The notes under the pieces were generated by a model. The model worked only from the letters and a program-made list of their open reading frames with translations, was not told the origin of the DNA and did not search any database. The position numbers and the translations under genes are program-made. This document shows positions 42,229 to 56,558 of a stretch of DNA of 64,000 bases, piece by piece. Each line of letters begins with the position of its first letter. Position 1 is the first letter of the stretch. Origin of the DNA: Octopus sinensis (taxonomy: Eukaryota); assembly GCF_006345805.1 (NCBI RefSeq), contig NC_043017.1:6820001-6884000 (forward strand). Direction: 5' to 3'.

Positions 42229-43401
42229 ACGAGCTTTTTTCAGTTTCCGTCTACCAAATCCACTCACAAGTCTTTGGTCGGCCCCGAGGCTATAGTAGAA
42301 GACACTGGCCCGAGGTGTCACACAGTGAGACTGAACCCGGAACCGTGTGGTTGGTAAGCAAGCTACTTACCACTCAGCTTCGTACAGTTTTTCAAATATC
42401 TTTCCACCAACGTCTACCTCCCGCAAAAAAACTCAACTGTAACAGAAAACTCCACTTCCATTTCGTCTAAAATATGAAACATTTAACACATCCCCCCGCC
42501 CCACTTCGCCTGTCTCTAGCATTGCCAGTGTAGAGAGAAGCTGAAGAACTTACCGATGTTAAGGAATATGGATGCCATTCAAAAACAGAGATGGCTGGAA
42601 ATTGCAGGAGGACATACTGTTGTCAGGAAATAGAAAAATAGAAAGAAATAAAAGACAAGTTTATTAAGAATTATATTCAGAAAAGGAAGCCAAATATTAA
42701 AAAATTTTCGGTTTTTAGTAAAGAAAACTTTAATTCTGGGACAACGATAAAAAGGTCCTGCCGATCCTACAATGTCTCTGTTTTATTTGATATTATACTC
42801 ACACATACATACATACATACATACATACATACATACATACACACACGTGTGGGTGTGTGTGTATGTATGTATGTGCGTGTTTTATGTTTGTATATATATA
42901 TTGTCTTGGGACGGTCATAACGCCAATGATATTAAATACACTCACTGGTTCAATATCACTTCTTTATTGTTTAATCAGTTGGTTAAATATCAAACTTGGT
43001 ACATCAGTACCGGCCGAATGATATTTATGCAGTGTATATAGGCAATTAGACCCAACTGAGTGAAGAAATCCACTTTTGAGTGAGTAATTCAGACATGTAT
43101 ATTATATTACATATACAGTTCATAATATTTACGAAGGGCAGATTCCGAGACGGGTGAATAAATTAATAAGAGTAACAGAAGGGGGTACAGGTGTCAATAC
43201 ATTATGGCCATTTCTAACGACTCCTTTAATTGATTAGTGAAAACATTACATCATTATAAAGAAACCGTTTTCGTCAAATGAATTCATGAACTTCAAAATA
43301 AAGGACATTCGAAATGATTTAACATAGTTTAAAACCCACAGAGCAAAACATTTACAGACATTCTGCTTCTATTTCAGTAGAGTGATTCTTTTGTTACTGA
43401 T

Positions 43402-43442
<41 letters not shown>

Positions 43443-45597
43443 CACACACACACACACAACACACACACACACACACACACCACACACACACACACACACT
43501 GTTGTGTCTGGGTAGTCATTTTCTTTTTGTAATCTAACACACCCACCGGGAAATTTTACCGGTGAGTGTGTTAGATTATAAGACACAAAAAGAAAATGAC
43601 TCTCCCCAAACACAACAGAATATGCTTCAACACACGAACTCATATAAAGAATCTTGCAAACCAAATCCAAAAACGATATATATATATATCGTGTGTGTGT
43701 GGTAATGAGGTGGCTTAGATAAATATGTGCGCCCTTGACAGAGTCAAAGATGGAGAAAAGGAACAGCCTGCAGCCAGCAAGAATGCTAGTGAGAGACAAT
43801 CAGGGAGCAGACAATGAAATACAAGGAAGGATAGGAAGTAGAAAGGAGAGAGAGCCCTACGTTAAAAAGTGGGGATTAGGGGGTCAAAATGATAAACTAA
43901 GGGATGTATAGAGAGTGAATGAATGATGCAGAAAATTAAAGAATGAGGTGTGAAATTTTTTTTTTATGATATCGAAGTATGCAGAGGAAATGTTGTTGGG
44001 AAAATGAACAGAAGTAAAAACTGATTTTGAATGAGAGAAAAACGAAGGGACGTTATATAGCTAAACAGGAGAATGAATAACAGTCAGTGGATGAGAGAAA
44101 ATATTCAAGGGAAATGAAGGAAGAGCGTTAGAATGAAGAGGTGGGCAGCTGTTTTTCAGATATGCAACATGTAATTACAAGTCAAACAGACGATATTGTC
44201 AACCACAAAGAAACTGCTTGACTACGAACAACTAAATAAAAAAAAATGATTATCATAAGAAGTCAGTGGGAGAGAAATAGTTGTACTACAAAACAACAAG
44301 AAACCGAAGCAAGGCTCGAGATAATAACTAACAAAAGACTGCATGAAATGAATACAAGCAAAATATGGTACAGTTCTTGAAGTATAAAGATCGAGGATAA
44401 TAGGAAGGAGATGTCTTTTATTTTTTTATTTTTCCGTGGATGTACAAAGAAACAGATAGACATATGGATCTACCTACTTCTCTGTTTATACCTCTAACAC
44501 ATTACTACGCAATATTCAACCTTTTTCTCAGAAAAAAACAAGAATAACAATATTCTCATATGCAGTTATCTTCTACGTGAACGTCGGATACTTCACAAGT
44601 TGTCATCCTTTATTTGAACAGATTCTGTGATGGATTTCGTAGTCTATATATTTTATCACTGATCTTTTATTTGTTTCAGTTATCGGACTGTGGCCACTCT
44701 GGGCACCGCTTTGAAGTACTTAGGGAGTTTTTTTTTTTTATATTTTACTTTATTTTTTAAGTTTGATACTTATGCTATCAATTTCTTTGGTCGAACCAGT
44801 AAGTTACGGGGACGTAAACAAACCAACACCGATTGTCGGGCAACATTAGGAGAACAAGCGATGGGTTTCTTTCAGCTTCTGTCTTCCAAGGTTTTGGTCG
44901 GCCCAAAACTATATTAGAAGGGACTTGCCCAAGCTGTCACGCAATGAGACTCGACCTAAGACCACGAGGCTGGAAGGCAAGCTTCTCATCCACACACTCA
45001 CGCCTGCACCTATAATGCATTTTTTTTTTTGTTTCATAATGCAATGCATTATGGCAGGCGGACATCGTGTTTTTTTTTGTTTGTTTTTTTTTAAAGAAAG
45101 AAACTCTTAGTGTAAAACGACGCGTTATAACACTTTTGTCCTCGTTTATCACGGGTGTTTTGGTTCAGTAAAATACCATATTAAATGAATTTCCTAGCAT
45201 TGTGGATGGTCGCTGGGAGGCACTTTTGAGATCCAAGCTGAATCTTTGACTGATCACCGATTTGTGATATCACGGATCAATTCGTGATAAACTTAATGCG
45301 TTTCATAACTGATCGTGCCATGTTATTCCGGATCAGTGATGAATGAATCCCGTGATAGACGAGAATAGGCGATAGATAACAGAAATTATAGAAAGCCAAA
45401 CAAAATGCTTCTCAGTTTCAAATCCCGTTCGTTGCAATTTTGCCGTTGATTTTTCTAAGGATTAAAGAAAAAAAACAGAAGTATAATTTCTCTTCCCTCC
45501 AAAATATGAAGATTTTAACTTGTTCTTATGTTAGAAATTATTTAGTTTCTTTCTTCTACGTTCCCAGGTTCAAATCCCCATTTCTCTCTCTCTCTCC

Positions 45598-45656
<59 letters not shown>

Positions 45657-46531
45657 CCTACCTATCTATCTATCTGTCTTTCTTTCTATCTTTCGAGTTT
45701 AATTGGCTTTCCTGCCCCCTCCATTTCGGTTATAAATTCGTGGCCATATGATAACATGGCAACGTAAGAAGTCCTTTATTTTTCAAAAATGTGTAAAGAA
45801 ACAATAAAATGACACACCTGACCTGCATGGGCTGTTAATCCGTCTTTAACCATCTTTAATTCGATAACATCGTCGTGCAACACCGTTTGGATAATGTGAG
45901 CTGAAGTGGATCGTCTGCGTATCCGGTACACTACATCACCTATATAAAGCAAGATTGGAGCTGTCACCCATAAATATGACTGTAAAATATAAAGAGAAAA
46001 ATGGCGCTTAAAATTGACGTCTTCATCGTTTGTGTAGAGTTTGTTATTACGTTTTATTATTTTATCTTCATTAGGCAGGCAACAGATGAGTTTTCTATTT
46101 TAAGGGGACGAAGAGAGATAGGGAGACAGAGAAAGAATGACATATCGTGACAGTCATATCTATTTTGAGAAAATAAGCGGCATAAGTTAAAATAAGTGAC
46201 TGTCAACGGAGAATCGAAACCGTGAAATGCTCAACGTAAGATTTAAAAGAATTAAGATTATGCTTATCAGGGAAACAAAAAGCAGGGATATAGTTCTATA
46301 AACAGGTGTTCGAAGAAGGAAACATTAACAATGAAAGGATATGAATTCATAGAAAGTCATTCGAGCGTGCATCTCACTCAAACGCCTGCGTTTCACTCAA
46401 TTGCGTTCACCAGAATTATTTGTAACTCGACGAGAAGGTGCGTACGTTTTGAGTTCAAATCAAAACGAAGTCAACTTAGACTTGCTTTCATCCACCAGGA
46501 AATCAATTAAAATAAAATACCAGTTAAGTGT

Positions 46532-46572
<41 letters not shown>

Positions 46573-46581
46573 TGTGTGTGT

Positions 46582-46624
<43 letters not shown>

Positions 46625-49600
46625 CCCAGTGATTAGGGCAGCGGATTCGCGGTCGTAGGAACGCGGTTTCGATTCCCAGACCGGGCGTTCAGAGTGTTTA
46701 TTGAGCAAAAACACCTAAAGCTTTACAACGCTCCGGCAGGGAGTGATGGCGATCCCCGCTGTACTCTTTCGCCACAACTTTCTCTCACTCTTTCTTCTGT
46801 TGGCCTGCTCGCTTAGCCAGCGGGGTGGCGTCATTCAAAGGCTAAAACAATGCGAACGCATTGTGACCAGCGATGTGTAGCAACATCTGATAGCCTGGTC
46901 GGTTACGGTGATAAGAATGGAAGGAAGGAAGAATGGCAAAAAGAAAGGAAGAAAGAATGAAACAAAAGGAAATAGAAAAGGAAAATGAAGAAAGAAGGAA
47001 AGAAAGAGCTCTTGGTTACCTGGCAACCAATTTCTCCAAATTGTGGTTCTTCATCGCAGGAATACGACTTGAAGGCATGGTAAAATTCCGGTTCTGGCCA
47101 TGGAAACGATAAATTACGAAATTTACATCCGGGTGTGTGATACTTGATGTTGAGTTGCATCCGAATGGGACCCCTGGAAAAAAATGACAGAAAGGGGTGG
47201 ATTTCGATTAACAGGGGAGAAAACAAAAATGACAAAACTACTACCACTGCAACTACTATTACTACCACTGCTACTATTACTACAGTCACTACTACTGCTA
47301 TTAATACTACTACTACTATTGGTGATGGCAGTGATGATGGTTGTGACGGTGGTTGTGGACCTCCGTCGTTTGACGATGGAGATTCACTTGTTCGATCATT
47401 GAACAAAGGTGTAACCGGCCGAGTATTCCATAGATTTTCGCAGTAGCCTTAACGTAAATTCTCAAACAGAATCAGTATGACACAGTGTTTGTGAGGAGAC
47501 TGCATCCTTTGAATTCCAGGCACAATCCATCAAACGGGCTTCCACACAGTTTCCATCTGATCAATTTCACTCACAATGCACGGAGCGACTTAAAACTATA
47601 AAAAATAATTATATTTGCCTATGGTGCAACACAGTGAGATCGAACCCAAAACTTCGTAAAGCTCCTCGAGGCTCCGGCAGGGGGTGGTGGTGATCCCTGC
47701 TGTACTCTTTCGCCACAACTTTCTTTCACTCTTTCTTCTGGTGGCGTCATTTGAAGGCTAAAACAATGCGAAACGCATTGTAACCAGCGATATGTAGCAA
47801 AATCCGATAGCCTGGTCGGTCACGGTGATCAAGGGATACCGGTCTGTTGCAAGATTACTCGTTCTTTTACCAGTTGAATGGACAGGAACAATGTGAAATG
47901 TGTTTTCCTCAGAAATACAACGCATCGCCCGGTCTAGGAACCGAAACCACAATCTTACGATCAGGAGTCCAACACCCTAACCACTAAGCCACCACAAAGT
48001 AACGTTCCTTCCCAAGTCATATAAACTTATAGGTCCGGTTTCCTGGCTTCATGGCGTATATATTCCCCCTGGATAGGACGCTGGTCCGTCGCGAGATTAC
48101 TCATTTTTGCCAGCTGAGTGACTGAAGCAACGTGAAATGAAGTGTTTTGCTCAGGAACACAACCCATCGCCCGGTCTAGGATTTGAAACAACAATCTTAC
48201 AAACACGAGTTCGTTTCCCCTCAACACAGTCCGCATAAATTTTAAGAATTAGCTAATCCCTTAATCTTTATATATAAAAGTCAAGTTGTGTGTCTGTCTC
48301 CTACGATTTAGATTCCTAACTACTCCCACATTTTGCGGTGCAGTTTAACCAAAACCGGGTATCTTATAGTCGTGATTCATATCGAGCCCTTCTGGGTATT
48401 AGCGCGCGTCTACGATGAGTCTACGATTTAAAAAAAAATTTACCATCATTTTTTTCCATTTTAATGCATCTTTTCGCTATTATATAAGGGAAGTAACTCT
48501 CTAAAAATGTCTACGATGAGTCAACGATTTTTAAAAAAATTTACCATCATTTTTTTTTTCCATTTTTAATGCATTTTTTTGCTATTTTTTGGCTATAACT
48601 CTCTAAAAATGCTTATATAGTTATTTCCCTTACAAACCCGAGCAACGCTGGGCGATACTGCTAGTAAATAATAAATTAGTTGTCGATACAAGGAAAGTAC
48701 CAAATGAGGGGTCAAAGTACGTTACCTAAACGCGTGTACCATGAGAAGGATGTACATTAAGACGATTAGCCGATGGCTGAACCAGAACAGATCGTAATTG
48801 TTGTCTCTGCAAAAGAAATGAACGGTTTAGGATTAGGAAGACATTTTTTGTGTGTGGAAGAAGGGGTTTCTTATGGATTATAACTTCGAAAATACAAAGA
48901 CAAAATACGAGGTATGCCTACACACACGCACACACACATATATGGAAGCACTCCGTCGGTTACGACGATGAGGATTCCGGTTGATCCGAATCAACGGAAC
49001 AGCCTGCTCGTGAAATTAACGTGTAAGTGGCTGAGCACTCCACAGACACGTGTACCCTTAACGTAGTTCTCGGGGAGATTCAGCGTGACACAGGGAGTGA
49101 CAAGGCCGGCCCCTTTGAAATACAGGTAGAGCAGAAACAGGAAGTAAGAGTGAGAGAAAGTTGTGGTGAAAGAGTACGGCAGGGATCACCACCATCCCCT
49201 GCCGGAGCCTCGAGGAGCTTTAGGTGTTTTCGCTCAATAAACACTCACAACGCCCGGTCTGGGAATCGAAACCGCGATCCTACGACCGCGTTCCGCTGCC
49301 CTAGCCACTGGGCCATTGCGCCTCCACACACACATATATACATAGATATCGAAAACGACAACCACTAGAATTTTCCACAGGAACAGTGAAACGGAAGTAC
49401 CTCTATCTAAAGCAAAAACAAGGAGGGAACGACTTCACAGCGAATCCAACAACCTTTCAAAATGCCATCGAATCTCTAAGCACCAAATAACCAAGTTTAT
49501 GTATTTATGCAGACAATTAAATCTGAATAAATGAAACTAGTAAATAACATCAGATTTGGACAGGAACTCTTTGCAAAGTGTTTTCTGATTGATGACCATA

Positions 49601-51767
49601 CGTACGCACCCAGAAAAGTGGCATATTTCTACTGCCACTGAACGTAAAGCCGGAAGAAATGCCGCTACGCATTTTGTCCGGTGCGGTTATGATTCTTCCG
49701 GCTCTATGCAGTGAGTTAGAGAGTGTTATATCTATTTCTTTATTACCCACAAGGGGCTAAACATAGAGGGGACAAACAAGGACAGACATAGGTATTAAGT
49801 CGATTACATCGACCCCAGTGCGTAACTGGTACTTAATTTATCGACCCCGGAAAGGATGAAAGGCAAAGTCAACCTCGGCGGAATTTGAACTCACAACGTA
49901 ACGACAAGCGAAATACCGTTAAGCATTTCGCCCGGCGTGCTAACGTTTCTGCCAGCTCTCCGCCTTTGAGATGAGAGTGTTATATCGCAATACTACACAG
50001 TGGCTGCGTGAGCTCCGAAACCCTCGTCACCATTGTTATATCGCACATTCAGATGACCTCTACTCAATCCAACTCCTCGGCGTCTAGACTCCTCCCTCTA
50101 TATCTACGTATTGGGCTAGCCTACTTCGTCGTCTGGGGGGCGTCCACACAACAAAGAGTATACTTATTAATAATATGAAAGAATACTAGTGAACTATTCT
50201 TTCCAAAACTTCTACAAATTATAAGCGAGTGGCTGTGTGGTAAGTAGCTTGCTAACCAGCCACATGGTTCCGGGTTTAGTCCCACTGCATGGCATCTTGG
50301 GCAGGTGTCTTCTGCTATAGATCCGGGCCGACCAATGCCTTGTGAGTGGATTTGGTAGACGGAAACTGAAAGAAGCCTGTCGTATATATGTATATATATA
50401 TGTATGTGTGTGTGTTTGTGTGTCTGTGTTTGTCCCCCTAGCATTGCTTGACAACCGATGCTGGTGTGTTTACGTCCCCGTCACTTAGCGGTTCGGCAAA
50501 AGAGACCGATAGAATAAGTACTGGGCTTACAAAGAATAAGTCCCGGGGTCGATTTGCTCGACTAAAGGCGGTGCTCCAGCATGGCCGCAGTCAAATGACT
50601 GAAACAAGTAAAAGAGTACAAGAGTATAACAGACCAGACATAATGATCTGGGACAAGAGAAAAGAAACTATGTACAGCAGTTGAAATTCGTTGCCCAACA
50701 GATATATAAAGAAAAAGAAAACACCTCTGTCGGACTAAGAAGAGATCTACTGATACTACATCCAGACTTTAGATTTAGATTTATACTTGTAATTATTGAG
50801 GGAACTTGGGAGCGTATCTAAATGATTCGGCACCAATCTTGAGAAGATGAGTTTCATAAAATCAGGAGGGAAACAACTAATTAAGATGTAATTAGAAGAA
50901 ATAAATGACACAGTGGAAATATGTAAAACATTCTAGAAGCTTTGAATGTATCAAATAAATATTGAACACATTTAGACATACAGACACGAGTATGTACACA
51001 CTTGGGTTAGTCATGACATACAGACAGATCCGTCTATGCAGTGGTATGGACACAAGTATATATATATAAGTGTGCACATACATACATACATACATACATA
51101 CATACATACATAAATACATACATACATACATACATACATTCTTACATACAAGCATACATATATATATATATACAAATAGATATGCATACGTATCTACATA
51201 CATGTATGTATACATAAATATACATACATATATGCGTGCAAATATATATACATGCATACACACACACATACATACATGCACACACATACATATATGCTTA
51301 CATACACTCACAGACGTACATACATGCATACACATACATACACACACGCATACATAGATACATACAAACATACATACATGCATACATGCATGCATACATA
51401 CATGTATACATACATATACACTCAGACATACATACATATACACACATTCATTCATACATACAAATATACATGCATACATACACATACACACACATACAAC
51501 ACACACATACATACACACACACATAGATACACACATATGCCATGTTGATTCGCTAGCCTCTGCACGCATTTTTTTCTCTCCTTGTTTCTCTCCTTGTTTC
51601 TCTCCGTGTTTCTTTTCCGTGTATCTTTCTGTTGAAGAGCGTAGGCTCGAAACGTAAAATACTTGTTTTATTTCTATTCCTGAGCGCCATACTAATACAA
51701 TTGTTTGTTTGTATTCCACCTGCCTTCGTCTTTTGTTTATTTTCATAAAGCTTCCCGTTATATACAT

Positions 51768-51820
<53 letters not shown>

Positions 51821-52485
51821 TGCATGCATACTTACATACACACCATACTTACAGACACTCGCCCTCAACACCACCAAAGCCAGCACTAACAACAACGCCT
51901 TTACCTGATGTACTTAAGACTAGTCGTGACCACCAGACACAATATAAACATCATCATTATACCAGTTGTACCAGACACTGAAAATCAAAAAAAGGCTTTT
52001 TTACAAATAATTTCACGGTTTGGTTATTTCAATCACTCTTACACACACATACGCAGGGCCCGGGCAAACTACATAAACAATTCGTTGCTTATTTCTTTGT
52101 AAACGTTATGCATTGTTCTCTGTATTCAAACAATAACTCATGATAAAGTTTAGATGAATAAAAATTAATATAAAAAGCAGTGGAGGGTGAGCCAGAGCCT
52201 TGTGCCAAATTTAGAAAAAAATGTATATTTGAGGCGACAACCTGGCAGAATCATTAAATACGTCAAACAAGATGCTTAGCGGCGTTATGTACTGAAGTGA
52301 ACTCACCCAGTGCCAAGTTCAAATCCCACCAAAGTCGACTTTGTCTTTCAACTGTAAAATAAAGCACCAGTGGAGCACGGGGGTGGGGTGGGGGCAATGT
52401 TATCAATTTGTCCCTTCCTCTCAAAATTGTTGGTCATGTGCCAAATTTAAAAAGAGCTATTATCATCATCTTCATCATCATCATC

Positions 52486-52532
<47 letters not shown>

Positions 52533-52564
52533 TCATCATCATCATCATCATCATTATTATTATT

Positions 52565-52596
<32 letters not shown>

Positions 52597-52949
52597 ACGT
52601 AACGTTTCTGTTTTCAATCCCCCCCACGTTCTGGTTATCTTTGATTCCAGTTGGAAAACTTCTGGGTGATCTTCTGGGATCGTCAGCTTCACTTTTGGTG
52701 CCCCTGAGAAACTTTGAGGTATTATAAGGAATTAAAAGGTTATGGAACTGGGATATTAGTCTATGTTAGTTAAGCACTTTCCATGTGGGAATTGAAACCG
52801 GATCTCAATATACTTCATGCACCACAGCACCTGTCTCACACTCGCGTACACCAGATATGTACTCATTCATTCACACCCGACTTGTACAGTTATAGATACG
52901 TATCTATCCACGCGCACACCCCTCCACACACACACAAACACACACGCAC

Positions 52950-53012
<63 letters not shown>

Positions 53013-56000
53013 CATACACTTTTATCCACATACACACACACACATATACCCATTCTCAAACTTGTATATACTCTTTCAAACATACGCACATACACTCTCC
53101 TATCATAAACTTACACATTACACACACACACACAATATTGTTCTCTTTTACATGGATGAACATACATACACACTGTATACCATATTCGCAAACACTCTCG
53201 CAGACGCATGCGCACACTCACACACACACACACATACCACTAATCTGAAAAGAATACGAAATAATACCAACCTGTACCTAGGATAATCCAAAGAGGATCC
53301 TGTAGAGAGAAAATGGAGTTCAGCTAGTTAAAAGTGGTGGTGGTCATGGTAGGACGATAACAACAATAACAAACAAATGCAAGAACAATAACAAACAACA
53401 AATACGTATTTAAATATACATGTGTGTGTGTGTATGTATACAGGGGTTGGACAAAATAATGGAAACACCTAGCATCATAGTATCATAAGTTTGAAATATC
53501 TATAAAACCGTCAAAAGCTTGTTTATTTTTATGCTTTTTGATATATTATTACTGTTGCTTAATATGTTTTGCAAAAATTACTGTTTCTTTTCAAATATCA
53601 TCAAAAAATTCATCAAAATGACAGATCTATCGGACTTTCAGGCCCCTGAACCTGTGCCTACGGGCAAATTACAGCATTATAGAGACACAGGAAAATACTT
53701 AAAGTGGGTGCAATGTATGTATTTGTTGACAGCAAGTCACAATATACATAGATCTGTGGGCTTCGAAGTTGTAAAGGATCTGAAACCGTGACATATCCGA
53801 GACCGTGAGGGCCCGAACCCAAGACCATGATGGATCTGAGACTGTGATGGATCCGATACCGTAAGGGCTCCGAGTCCGTGAGGGCTCCGAGATCGTGAGG
53901 GCTCCGAGACCGTGAAGGCTCCGAGACCATGTGGGACCCGAGACTGTGAGAGACTCAAGACCGTGCGGGACCCTATAATATTAGCTTATTGAAAGGCAGC
54001 GAGCTGGCAGAAACGATAGCACGTTGGGCGAAATGCTTATACGGTATTTCATCTGTCTTTATGTCCTGAGTTCAAATTCCGCCGAGGTCGACTTCGCCTT
54101 TCATCGTTTCGGGGTCAATTAAACAAGTATCAGTTACGCACTGGAGACGATGCGACCGATTTGACCCCTTTGTCTGTCCTTGTTTGTCCCCTCTATGTTT
54201 AGCCCCCTGTGGGCAATAAAGAAATAAATATTAGCTTATTGACAGCAAGTCATAACATACGTAGATCAGAATCGGGACCCTAAAACTGAGGCCTCCAGGA
54301 AAATCAATGCTCTGAGTTCTGTTTATTTATTGACAGCAAGCCATAGATCAGAACTGGACCCCTAGAACAGTGAGGCCCCTGGGCAAATCAATGCACTAGA
54401 TCCTATATTTATTTATTGACGGTATGCTACAGCATACATATTTTAGGATTGGGCCCCTAAAACTTTGAGGCCCCTGGGCAGTATACCTGCCCAGTATACT
54501 TGTGTCTTATAACGGCACTGTAACCATCATATCTATCACAACAACAACAACGGCCATGTTTCTCGCAACAACAACAGCATCAATAACGACAGCAACAACA
54601 CAAGAACGTCAAGAAACAGAAAGATGGCACTCACTTCGTATTGGTATTTAGCTGCGTTGACATTTGTATAGATTCTGTTGTAGTTCATTGAGAAATTTCT
54701 GGCGTTAATCACGTGAGCAGTGTAGTGGATCACTGGAGAAGAAAGAAAGAAAGAGTGTGTGAGAGGAATTAGGGAGAAACATGGTAAAGAAATCAAAGTG
54801 AAGTGTGGGGATGGAGAGTAAAAGAGAGAAAGAGTCTGTAGAATCTGTATGTGTTTGAGAGAGAGGGAGAGGAAATGAGCATGAGAAGGATTTGGAAAGT
54901 AAGAGAGAATGTGTGTGTGTGATAGAAAAGGGAATAGGAGAAAGTTTAGTGAGAGTGTGTGAGAGGGATTTGAAAAGTAGGAGAGGATTTTGGGTCTGTG
55001 GGTATGATAGAGGAGAAGAAAACAAAGTGGAGTGAGAGGGACTTGAAGAGAAAGAGAGAGCGTGTTTGTGTATATGATAGAAAAAGGAGGAGGAGAGAAA
55101 CAAAAATGGTGGACACTTAAGAGATCGTCTGCTTCAACGAAATCTGATATTTATTTTAGATTCTCTCTTGTCACGGCACTGTAACAAGTGAAAACACTTC
55201 ATCATTCGTCTTTTTACTGCATTAACATTATACATCCATCCACTCCGCTCCACAGCTGGTCTTTTCCAGTTTCACTCATCTCATTCGAATCGTATTCACT
55301 CTTGTTCTCGACCAAGGCCTCATCGATCTTTTTAAATTCCATTTGAAAAGGAAAGTGAGGGTTGAGAGGTATGTACTGTTGCCGCCAATAAACTTGTTGA
55401 AAGTTGGATGAACATGACAAGGATGACCCGAATGCGTAAGCCTATACTCTAGGTCGGCGCCCTGTATGTAGTCTAAGGAGTGCGGAGGAGAAAGTGGCAA
55501 TTGCTATGGTACTCCGGGAGAATACGAGAGAGTGCTGAAAATTTCTGGTTGTAAGGGTATCGAGAAAGGCCTGGTTGGTGGCCCAACCATCGGAGTTCTT
55601 TTACAGGTCTTAGGGAAACTGAAGGACCGCTGCAATAAGTGAGGGGAATATGTTAAATAAAATCATAATTAACTGATCCTCCAATAGATTCTTTTACCCA
55701 AAGCCAGGAACTTTTCAGCAACCCTTTTAAGGTGGTTTGGGATGTGTGGGGTTCCTTGGTTGACCCTGGGTGGTGTTTTTCTCCCGATGGTGGGGGGGAC
55801 AAACACGGACACATAAACACACACACACACGCACATATATATATATCTATATATATATATATACTATGGGCTTCTTTCGGTTTCCATCTACCAAATCCAC
55901 TCAGAAGGCTTTGGTCGACCCGAGGCTATAGTAGAAGACACGCAGTAGGACTGAACCCGGAACCATGTGGTTGGTTAGCAAGCTACTTACCACACAGCCG

Positions 56001-56523
56001 TGTGTGTGTGTGTGTGTGTACGTGTGTGTGTTTGTCCCCCACTACCGCTTGACAACCGGTGTTGTTGCGTTTAGGTCCTCTTAACCTAGCGGTTCGGCAA
56101 AATATACCGACAGAATAAGCCCCAGAGCTCAAATGACTTTTTTCGACCCCTCCCCACAAAGGATGGATGACAGGCAAAGTCAACCTCAGCAGAATTTGAA
56201 CTCAGAACATTAAGACGGTCGAAACGCCGCTAAGCATTTTTGCCTACCGTGCTAACGATTCTGCAAGTACACCGTCTCATTATTAAAATATAAAATGTTG
56301 ATTTCAAATTTTGGCACAAGGCCAGAAATTTCAGGGAGGAGGTAAGTCGATTACATCGATCCCCAGTACTCAACTGGTACTTAATTTATTGACTCCGAAA
56401 GGGTAAAAGGCAAAGTCGATCTTGACAGAATTTGAACTCAGAACGTAGCGACAGGCGGAATACTGCTAAGCATTTCGTTCAGTGTGCCAACGTTTCAACC
56501 ATCGCGCCGCCTCCTTAATAATG

Positions 56524-56558
<35 letters not shown>

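Noticed and set aside
45940-45945. ATATAG|GTGAT as the acceptor of NOX4 exon 10
   Set aside because: The frame continues upstream through TM6 (SYLWVTAPILLYIG) to a stronger phase-0 acceptor at 45979 that matches the preceding exon.
55200-55520. Minus-strand ORFs (QMEFKKIDEALVENKSEYD...) as a missing NOX exon
   Set aside because: The NOX4 model is complete without it, and there is no NOX similarity or suitable splice sites.
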